A program made the position numbers and the translations under genes. A stretch of 64,000 bases of DNA from an uncultured Frigidibacter sp. Its GTDB lineage: Bacteria; Pseudomonadota; Alphaproteobacteria; Rhodobacterales; Rhodobacteraceae. The notes under the pieces are model-generated. The model was not told the DNA's origin. It saw only the letters and a list, made by a program, of their open reading frames with translations, and did no database searches. The stretch covers positions 6,475 to 70,474 of the forward strand of contig CAZORV010000001.1 of assembly GCA_964582215.1 (NCBI GenBank). The letters run 5' to 3'. Positions within the stretch are counted from its first letter, which is position 1, and each line of letters begins with the position of its first letter. Below are positions 45,870 to 53,368 of the stretch, piece by piece.

Positions 45870-47182
45870 CACTCTCTCCGGGTCTTGAGGTTGGCGGCAA
45901 AGGCGCCGATGCAGCGGCCCTGATCAAGGCCGCGTTCGATGGCGGCGCGAAAATGGATCCCGCCGTAAAGCCGCGAGATCCCCGCCTCGTTCGCGGCCTC
46001 CCAGAAGCTGGCGAAACTGCGGGGCTTCTGGCCGTCGGTGGTGGGCGTCGTGTCCTGAAACCCGTAACGGTCGCCGAACAGCCCGGTCAGGACGGTTGCG
46101 GCCGCGCCGGACTGGGTGGAATGGCCGGACGGATATTCCGGGAAGGGCGGCGTGTTCAGAAGCGCGTCCCATTTGGGGTCGATCACCCGGCGGATATAGG
46201 TCAGCGGGCGCAGAAGGTCGTACTGATATTTCACGCTCCAGCAGCCGATGAATGCATCGGCGACCCCGACGCCAAGCTTGGCCAGAACCTCGCCGTAGCG
46301 GGCGGGATCGGCCTTTTCCTTTTCCAGAACCTGAAGCGCGATTGAGACCCAATGGCCGGGCGGGGTGCGCGACAGCATCGCATCGTCCGCCCAGAACCGT
46401 GCGATGGCCTTTTGCTCGTCCGTCAGGGCGCGGCTGGTGTCGTAGACTTCCAGCGCCTGACGATAGAAGTCGGACGCCTTGTCCTCGCTGTAGGCCGGCG
46501 GGGGCGGCAGGCTGCAGGTGGCGCCGTCCGGCATGGCAAAGGTGCGGTTTCTGCCCCAGCCGGGCAAAAGCGGGCTTTGCTGCAGCGCGACCTTGTTGGT
46601 CGGCACCCAGTCAGCGGGGCCGGTTGCCGCCGGATAGTCTTGCGGAAAGCCCATGTTCGCAATCCCGGCGCCGCCATCCGTCGCGGCCCAGGCAAGGATA
46701 TGGGCGGCAACCGCATCGCCGTAAGCCCGGCTGCGGGCCGCGACATCTGCAGGCAGCCCGGCGCGGACACGGTCGCCCTGCTTGCCGGTCACGGCGGCCA
46801 ATGCCCGCTGACCGGTCGGGCCGGTGTTGGCGAACAGCTGCGCCACGACCCCGCCCAGCGCCTGATGAAGGACCAGAGCCTCGTCATAGACCTGGCCGGC
46901 CTCGCGCCCCGGCAGCGGCTGCAGCCCGTTCAACTGGCCCGCCAGCGAGACCATGTCGTCCCGGCCAGAGGCCGTAACCTCGTGCGTCGTCACGCCGACA
47001 TAGGCCAGCGCCCGGGCGGCAACCGGCGGCGTGTAGGTCGGCGTGTGACGGACAAGGTCCAGCGTCAGCCCGTACCAGGTGCGGATCACCTCTTGCGGGG
47101 CGATCTGCCCGGCCGCCGCCGCGCCATGCGACAGCCCGCAGACGACCAGTGCTGCGGTCAGCACGCCGATCAGCCACTTCAT
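45869..47182 (-). CDS. Secreted vanadium-dependent haloperoxidase/PAP2 family protein
   Basis: Signal peptide MKWLIGVLTAALVVCGLSHGAAAA. Vanadate-binding motifs K-x6-RP (KYQYDLLRP), PPFPEYPSGH and SRLYGGIH. PPGHW motif. AGGGAG RBS. Confidence 0.88.
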   Translation of the reverse strand: MKWLIGVLTAALVVCGLSHGAAAAGQIAPQEVIRTWYGLTLDLVRHTPTYTPPVAARALAYVGVTTHEVTASGRDDMVSLAGQLNGLQPLPGREAGQVYDEALVLHQALGGVVAQLFANTGPTGQRALAAVTGKQGDRVRAGLPADVAARSRAYGDAVAAHILAWAATDGGAGIANMGFPQDYPAATGPADWVPTNKVALQQSPLLPGWGRNRTFAMPDGATCSLPPPPAYSEDKASDFYRQALEVYDTSRALTDEQKAIARFWADDAMLSRTPPGHWVSIALQVLEKEKADPARYGEVLAKLGVGVADAFIGCWSVKYQYDLLRPLTYIRRVIDPKWDALLNTPPFPEYPSGHSTQSGAAATVLTGLFGDRYGFQDTTPTTDGQKPRSFASFWEAANEAGISRLYGGIHFRAAIERGLDQGRCIGAFAANLKTRRE

Positions 47183-47565
47183 GAAATGCAACTCCCTGCG
47201 CCGGCGTCTTCTGGCCCGCTTCGGCGGCATATAACCACAGGGAAAAGGTCGCGCGCAACCGCCGGAAAGGCGGCGCCGCGCGTCACGCGGCGGAAGGTTG
47301 ACACCCAAACGGGCGTGGCCGACGCAGTTGCCCGGTTGCCCGAAAACCGCGCCGACCACATGTGGGCCACCGGAAAAACTGACTAACCCGACACCGAACA
47401 CACCGACGGCCAACCCGTTCTGGCGAAAGCAGCGAAACCTGAAATTCTTAACCCACCCTGCGGACAAAACCCCCGCACTCGTCTCCCTACGAACCGGACA
47501 GTCACGCGGCCCGCTGCTTGGTCACCACTGAATGTTCGTCGTCCGGCGCGGGGAAATGGTTCAAA

Positions 47566-48831
47566 TTATTTTGCGCAGCCGGCCATTTTGATCAGACCCC
47601 AGCCATAGGCCGTGTCTCGACCCGGCTGGCCGAGATCTTCCGCCGTGGGGCGCAGGGCGTGGACGACGGCGTCGGCGCTCGGCGCGATGCCCTGCGCAAG
47701 GCTGTGGGCGATGACGCCGGTGGCAACGGCGGCGGCGTAGGACGTGCCGGACCGGTAGGCCGTGCGGCCGCCGAGGCTGACCAGAATGTCGACGCCGGGT
47801 GCGACGAAGTCGATGTCCTTGCCCCGGTTCGCATCGCGATACAGACGCTTGCGCGCATCGACCGCCGAGATCGCCAGCACGTTGGGGTCAGAGGCCGGGA
47901 ACGAAACCTCCTGCCTGCGGTCATTGCCGCCAGCCGCCACCAGAACCACGCCCCGCGCCGCGACCAGCGACAGGACCACCGACAAAGCCGGACTTTGCGG
48001 ACCCTCAAGCGACAGGTTCACGATGCCGACACCTTGCCCGGCCAGCCAGTCGAGCCCTTCGGCCAGGCCATCCATCCGCGCGACATTGCGGCCGCTGTCA
48101 TTGGCAAAGGCCACAACCGAAAACAGCTCGGCCCCCGCCGCCAGCCCGACCGGCACGTCCACCGTTCCGGGCGATGCGATCAGCGCCGCAACGCTGGTGC
48201 CGTGGTCGGCCGTCGCGGGGCGCTCGTCCGGGGCAAGGACCGAATGGCTGTGAACCACGACGCCGGCCAGCCCCGGGCTGGCCCGGTCGACCGGCCCGTC
48301 GATCACGCCGATACGAACCGGTGCCGCCAGCGCGCAGTCGGCCGGGGGCACGGCGCCGACCATGGGCGCGGCATAGTCCCCCGCAGCGCCCGCAAGCCCG
48401 AAAAGGCTGTTCACTTCGACCGAGACATTGATCTTTGCCGCCTGAAACGACCGCCGCAGATCGGCCCGGCTGAACTTGCCCGCCGGGTCCAGTACCATCA
48501 TCTGAAGCCCGATCGACCCCAGTTCCTGGTCTTTCAGCACGTCGCCACCGGCTTCGACAATCACCGCGCGCGCGCGCGCCATCTCGACCGCCGGACCCAT
48601 GACCACCAGTTCGGGCCAGCCGCTGGGCGCGGTTGCCGAGCCGGTGCGGATCTGGTGGTTGCCGATGCGGTCGCCACTGGACTCGTGCGGCGGCGGCGGC
48701 GGCGGGGGGGGCGGCGGCGGCGGATCGGGGTTTTCGAATGGCGCCGGTTCCTCGTCAGCCCGGACCGGACCGGGGACAAGCACGACCGCCAGCAAGGCGA
48801 TCCGCAGAAGGCCGGCAAGACGCTGCCTCAT
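47566..48831 (-). CDS. Secreted S8 (subtilisin-like) serine peptidase
   Basis: Signal peptide, poly-Pro tract, prodomain, catalytic triad VIDG/DHGT/GTSYAA and oxyanion AAGGN. Confidence 0.9.
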   Translation of the reverse strand: MRQRLAGLLRIALLAVVLVPGPVRADEEPAPFENPDPPPPPPPPPPPPHESSGDRIGNHQIRTGSATAPSGWPELVVMGPAVEMARARAVIVEAGGDVLKDQELGSIGLQMMVLDPAGKFSRADLRRSFQAAKINVSVEVNSLFGLAGAAGDYAAPMVGAVPPADCALAAPVRIGVIDGPVDRASPGLAGVVVHSHSVLAPDERPATADHGTSVAALIASPGTVDVPVGLAAGAELFSVVAFANDSGRNVARMDGLAEGLDWLAGQGVGIVNLSLEGPQSPALSVVLSLVAARGVVLVAAGGNDRRQEVSFPASDPNVLAISAVDARKRLYRDANRGKDIDFVAPGVDILVSLGGRTAYRSGTSYAAAVATGVIAHSLAQGIAPSADAVVHALRPTAEDLGQPGRDTAYGWGLIKMAGCAK

Positions 48832-49397
48832 TCCTGAAACTCGACCACCGAAATCAACCCGCCCCCGGGCGAGAAATCCCGGATGACAGTTTGCAGGTCA
48901 ACCCCCTCGGCCGGTTCAAGCCGGTAGAGACCCAGCGCCGAGGGTCCGTCGGTAATGACCAGACCGCGGCTGAGAAGCAGGTTCGCGATTTCCTTTTCGG
49001 TCGCGTCGGGCCGGAAGGCGACCGTCATCGACGGGCTTGCCGGTTCGCCCGAGGCCTGGGTGTAAAGTCCGCCCCGCTCGGCCATCGGGCCGGCGACCAG
49101 ATAGATGCCGCCGGCCGTAACCAGTGCCGCAACCGACGCGGCGATGGCCGGCAAATGCCAGCGGGGCCGGGGCTGCCGCTGCTCCTCGGCGATGGCGCGC
49201 TTCAGGCGGGCAAGGCCGAATTCCCCCGGCGAGGCGAGATGTTCGGCCTGCATCGCGGCGCGCGTCCGGGACAGAACGCCGGCCTCGTCGCCGAGCGCCG
49301 GATCAGCCTCGATGGCCGCCTCGACCATCGCGCTTTCGGCCGGGTCGAGGGTGCCGTTCACCCAGAAGGGCAGCAGAAGTTCGGCTGGTTGTGTCAT
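48828..49397 (-). CDS. Membrane-anchored anti-sigma factor
   Basis: ELLLPFWVNGTL ASD-type N-terminus, one TM segment (LPAIAASVAALVTAGGIYLV), extracytoplasmic C-terminal domain. ATGA overlaps with both the sigma and the peptidase genes. Confidence 0.82.
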   Translation of the reverse strand: MTQPAELLLPFWVNGTLDPAESAMVEAAIEADPALGDEAGVLSRTRAAMQAEHLASPGEFGLARLKRAIAEEQRQPRPRWHLPAIAASVAALVTAGGIYLVAGPMAERGGLYTQASGEPASPSMTVAFRPDATEKEIANLLLSRGLVITDGPSALGLYRLEPAEGVDLQTVIRDFSPGGGLISVVEFQE

Positions 49398-49951
49398 CGG
49401 GCGACCTTTCCCTTCATCTGCGCCGACAGGCAACGCAACAGCAGTGACTTGGCGTGAAAGACCCGGGTTTTCACTGTGCCTTCCGGGACGCCCACCACCG
49501 TTGCGACCTCGCGGTAGCTCATGTCCTCCAGAAAGGTCAGTTCGATTGCGCTGCGATGCTCTGGCTTCAGCGTGCCAAGGCAATGATGCAGAATGGCGCT
49601 TTCCTCGGCCGCGATCAGGCACGAGGCCGCGTCGGGACTCTCGTCCTCGCGTTCCGGGATGTCACTGTCGCCGACCATCCGGCGATTTCGTCTGAACACG
49701 TCCATCACCTTGCGGTAGGCAATCGCAAAAACCCATGTCTTCACGTTCGACGCGCCCTGAAAGCCGGACGCACCGCGCCAGATGTCAAGGAACACATCAT
49801 GGACTAAGTCGCCCGAGAGGAAGGGATCGTTCAATTTAGAGTAGATGAATCTGTAGAGTGGCTTTTCCATCACCCTGTAGAAGTCTTCGATGGCGCCGGA
49901 ATCACCGCGACCGATGCGGCGAACAAGGCCGAGCAGTTCGTCATTCGTCAT
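49394..49951 (-). CDS. ECF RNA polymerase sigma factor
   Basis: Region 2 (DLVHDVFLDIWR...KTWVFAIAYRKVMD) and region 4 (MSYREVATVVGVPEGTVKTRVFHAK). Confidence 0.94.
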   Translation of the reverse strand: MTNDELLGLVRRIGRGDSGAIEDFYRVMEKPLYRFIYSKLNDPFLSGDLVHDVFLDIWRGASGFQGASNVKTWVFAIAYRKVMDVFRRNRRMVGDSDIPEREDESPDAASCLIAAEESAILHHCLGTLKPEHRSAIELTFLEDMSYREVATVVGVPEGTVKTRVFHAKSLLLRCLSAQMKGKVAR

Positions 49952-50106
49952 GGTCTTGCGGCTACCGTCACGGGTTTTCCCTGCCCAGCATACCAGGATT
50001 CCCGAACCCCTGGCAGCACGCCAGCGAACTCTCTCCCGCCGTCGGCGTCAATGATGACCGGGCGGCACCCCGCGATCCAAGGACGGTTTCGGCCCGCTAC
50101 CGGCAA

Positions 50107-51003
50107 TTATAGCCGCGCGGGAAACCCGGGGGCCCTGAGGTCGGTCTGCAGCAGATCCTCAAGCAGCTTTGCAATCATCGGCGACTGCGCCGCACCACCA
50201 TAGGCCGCGCGGGCCGCCACGTAGGTCTGTTCGGTCGCCGCCGCAAGGTCAAGCGGCACCCCGAACTCACGGCCGAAGGCCAGCGCAAAGCCCAGATCCT
50301 TCAGCGCAAGGTCAACCGAAAAGGCGATGTCGTAAGACCCGTTCAGGATGAGTGCGCCCTCGGTCTCGTGTACAAAGGAATTGCCGGACGAGGCCCGGAT
50401 AGCCTGCCAGGCCTGCGCCAGATCAAGACCGCCGCGTCGGGCCAGCATCAGCGCCTCGGTCGTGGCCTTGAGGTGGATGAATGCCAGCATGTTGGTGATG
50501 ACCTTGATGACCGAGGCGGCACCAAGCGGGCCCATGTGAAAGATCCGGTCGCCCATCGCCTGCAACGCGGGCCGGTGCAGGTCAAAAAGGTCGGCATCGC
50601 CCGCCGCCAGCATGGTGATCTTTCCCTGCGCCGCCAGATGCACGCCGCCGGTCACCGGGCATTCCATCAGCCGCACGCCCCGTTCGGCAGCCACAGCGCC
50701 CAGCCGCAGGATGTCGTCGCGGCCAAGGGTTGAGTTTTCGATCCAGCTGGCGCCGGGTCGCATCGCGGGCAGCATCTCGCGCAGGACGGCCTCGGACACG
50801 GCAGGCGACGGCAGGCAGGTCAGCACATGATCGGCGGCCGCCGCAACCTCGGCCGCACTTGCCGCCCAGACCGCCCCCGCCGCGACCAGCGGTTCGGCCA
50901 GGCCGGGATTGCGGTCATGGACCGTCACCCTGAACCCCGCCCGCAACAGCGAGGCAGCGAGATGCCCGCCAAGATTGCCCAGACCGATATAGCCGTAATG
51001 CAT
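50107..51003 (-). CDS. Beta-hydroxyacid dehydrogenase family (3-hydroxyisobutyrate dehydrogenase-like)
   Basis: YIGLGNLG, CPVTGG, catalytic K.ITN and LALKDL motifs. Confidence 0.9.
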   Translation of the reverse strand: MHYGYIGLGNLGGHLAASLLRAGFRVTVHDRNPGLAEPLVAAGAVWAASAAEVAAAADHVLTCLPSPAVSEAVLREMLPAMRPGASWIENSTLGRDDILRLGAVAAERGVRLMECPVTGGVHLAAQGKITMLAAGDADLFDLHRPALQAMGDRIFHMGPLGAASVIKVITNMLAFIHLKATTEALMLARRGGLDLAQAWQAIRASSGNSFVHETEGALILNGSYDIAFSVDLALKDLGFALAFGREFGVPLDLAAATEQTYVAARAAYGGAAQSPMIAKLLEDLLQTDLRAPGFPARL

Positions 51004-51015
51004 GTGCCCCCCGGG

Positions 51016-52542
51016 TCAGCGGAAATGAATGCGGAACCGGGCGCGGACCAGCCGGTCCAGTTCCGGGTCAACCTGACAGCCCGCCGCGGCAAGGATGTCA
51101 TTCTTGCGGGCGATCGCCCGGTCCAGCAGCGCAGGCTTGCCCGCCTCGGCCCATTCCTTCGGGCTCATCCGGTTGCCGACGGTCGGATAGACATATTCCG
51201 TCTGCATCAGCGCCAGCGTCTGGTCCGACCCGAGGTAGTGGCCCGGCCCGCCCAGACAGACGGACTTCATCGCCTCGATGCTGGTCGAATCCTCGGTCAC
51301 GTCGATGCCGCGGACGCAGCGCAGGACCTGCCCCAGAATGTCGTCCCCCAGAATCAGACTCTCGAAGCAAAATCCCAGAAGCGAGGCATGCATACCGACC
51401 GCCTCGTAAGCCATGTTCAGCCCGGAGAGACCCGCAAGGACGTTGGTGATCCCCTGTTCCCAGCCGGCCTGCATGTCGGGCAGTTTCGAATCCGAAATGC
51501 CCGCCGCCGCCCCGCCCGGCAGGTTGTAGAACCGGTGCATCTGCGCGCAACCGGCGGTCAGCAGCGCCTGTTCGGCGCTGCCCCCCGACATGGCGCCGGT
51601 GCGCAGGTCGCTGACAAAGGGCCAGGTGCCGAAGATCGCCGGATGGCCGGGCGCAATGGCGTTCACATAGACGACGCCCGCCAGACATTCGGCCATCGCC
51701 TGGGTGATCGCCAGCGCAATGGGCGCGGGCGCCGTCGCCCCGGCCTGCCCCGCCGACAGCAGCAGAACCGGCATGCCCGCGCGGATCAGCGCCTCCATCG
51801 TCACGCAGCTTTCCTCGGCGAACTTCATCGGCGGCACGACAAAACAGTTCGAGTTCGACACGAACGGCCGCGCCCGCCAGGCCGCCTCGCCGCCCGCCAC
51901 CATATGGATCAGCTCCATGCAGCCCGCGACATGCGCTGGCTCGCTGAACGAGGTGCCCACATGCTTCGTGGTGCCCGCCAGGCAGGCGTAAAGCGTGTTC
52001 ACATCCATGTCGAAATTGTCGGTAACGTCGCGGCAGACCATGGCGCGCTGAAAGAAGTGAACGTTATCAAGGTGATGGGTAAGGCGTGCCGCATCATAAA
52101 GATCCTGCGCCGTCGATTCGCGATAGTCGTTCCGTTCCAGATCGACGATGTGGACGGCGGCGCCTGCCGTGCCGAAATGCACCCGGCTGCCCGACAGATG
52201 CAGGTCATGGCGCGGATCGCGGCCGTGCAGCGTGATGTCGCGGGCGGCGATGGCCAGCATGTCCTCGACCAAAGCGCGCGGAAACCGGATGCGCCCGTCC
52301 GCGCCCTGCACGGCGCCCGCGCGCGTCAGAACCTCGACCCCCGAGGCCGGCGCCTGGCCAAGGCCGATCACCTCCAGCGCCTCAAGCGCCGCCTGATGGA
52401 TGCGCGCCATGCCGGCGTCGGTCAGCGGCCGGTACTGGCCACCCGACAGCCCGGCCCGGATCGGGCGCAAACTGTCCGCCAACGGCGCCGCCCTGAGCGC
52501 CCGCCGCGCCTCGCGCCCCCCTGCCCGCCGTGCCTCACTCAT
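51016..52542 (-). CDS. Trimethylamine methyltransferase (MttB) superfamily protein, non-pyrrolysine
   Basis: GATAPAPIALA..Q..AE.L, DLRTGAMSGG, SDSKLPDMQAG and GPGHYLG motifs. No in-frame TAG. Confidence 0.92.
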   Translation of the reverse strand: MSEARRAGGREARRALRAAPLADSLRPIRAGLSGGQYRPLTDAGMARIHQAALEALEVIGLGQAPASGVEVLTRAGAVQGADGRIRFPRALVEDMLAIAARDITLHGRDPRHDLHLSGSRVHFGTAGAAVHIVDLERNDYRESTAQDLYDAARLTHHLDNVHFFQRAMVCRDVTDNFDMDVNTLYACLAGTTKHVGTSFSEPAHVAGCMELIHMVAGGEAAWRARPFVSNSNCFVVPPMKFAEESCVTMEALIRAGMPVLLLSAGQAGATAPAPIALAITQAMAECLAGVVYVNAIAPGHPAIFGTWPFVSDLRTGAMSGGSAEQALLTAGCAQMHRFYNLPGGAAAGISDSKLPDMQAGWEQGITNVLAGLSGLNMAYEAVGMHASLLGFCFESLILGDDILGQVLRCVRGIDVTEDSTSIEAMKSVCLGGPGHYLGSDQTLALMQTEYVYPTVGNRMSPKEWAEAGKPALLDRAIARKNDILAAAGCQVDPELDRLVRARFRIHFR

Positions 52543-53368
52543 GACCCGTCCCCTTTGCCAGCAGCGCGTCAATCTCGCTGCCCGGTGCCGCGCCCATCAG
52601 CGGCGCAAACGACCCCTCGCCCAGCATCGCCGTCACCGAATCGCGGATTGCCGCATGGGTCAGCCGCGCCACCATCGACCCAAGCGAGATGCGCCGCACC
52701 CCCATGGCCGCCAGTGCGGCCACGCTCATCTGCCGAAGCGGCCCCGCCGCCAGCGCGTTGACCGGCTTGCGGACCGAGGCGACGACCTGCGCCAGTTCGG
52801 CCGGTCCGGGCGGCACCGGCAGATAAAGAAGGTCCGCCCCCGCCGCCTCGAACGCCTGCAGGCGACGGATGCCCTCGGCCAGATCATAGCTGCCGTTCAT
52901 CACCCCGTCCGCGCGGGCGCAAAGCACGAACGGCCGCCCGAGCGCGCGCGCCGCCGAGGCCGCCGCCCTGATTCGGTCGACCGCCAGCGCAAACTCATAG
53001 GCCGGATTGCCCGCCGCCATCACCGTATCTTCGATCGAACAGCCCGAAAGCCCGGCTTCGGCCGCCAGCCGGATGGTTTGGGCAACATCCTCGGGTGCGT
53101 CGGCAAAGCCATTCTCGAAATCGCCGCTGACCGGAAGACCGGTCGCCGCCACAAGATCGGCCGCATGGGCCAGCGCCTCGTCCCGGCTGACCCCGCCCAT
53201 GTCGGCGCGCCCCAGAACAAAGGCATGGGCGGCCGAACTGGTGGCCAGCGCCTGCGCCCCCAGCCCCGCCATCATCCGCGCCGACCCGCGATCCCAGGGG
53301 TTCGGCATGACGAAACAGCCCTGCTGATGCAGGTCGTGAAAGGCCTGATGACGACGGGCCAGGCTCAT
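52535..53368 (-). CDS. Isocitrate lyase/PEP mutase superfamily protein (COG2513-like)
   Basis: PNPWD.GSAR, ATSS, PVSGDFENGF, SIED, ARAD and AGAD motifs. Confidence 0.88.
   Translation of the reverse strand: MSLARRHQAFHDLHQQGCFVMPNPWDRGSARMMAGLGAQALATSSAAHAFVLGRADMGGVSRDEALAHAADLVAATGLPVSGDFENGFADAPEDVAQTIRLAAEAGLSGCSIEDTVMAAGNPAYEFALAVDRIRAAASAARALGRPFVLCARADGVMNGSYDLAEGIRRLQAFEAAGADLLYLPVPPGPAELAQVVASVRKPVNALAAGPLRQMSVAALAAMGVRRISLGSMVARLTHAAIRDSVTAMLGEGSFAPLMGAAPGSEIDALLAKGTGHE

Noticed and set aside
47183..47565. N-terminal extension of the haloperoxidase (ORF from 47467), or an ECF/CtrA promoter in this spacer
   Set aside because: The RBS and signal peptide support the ATG at 47182. Only a lone TTAACC half-site and a poorly spaced AAAC/CGTC pair pointing away from the haloperoxidase were found, which is too weak to call.
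51016..52542. Pyrrolysine recoding in the MttB homolog
   Set aside because: The ORF is open with no in-frame TAG, Ile occupies the equivalent position, and no pyl genes are present.
52535..53368. Phosphonate biosynthesis cluster (pepM)
   Set aside because: The EDKx5NS motif is absent and there are no phosphonopyruvate decarboxylase or related genes.
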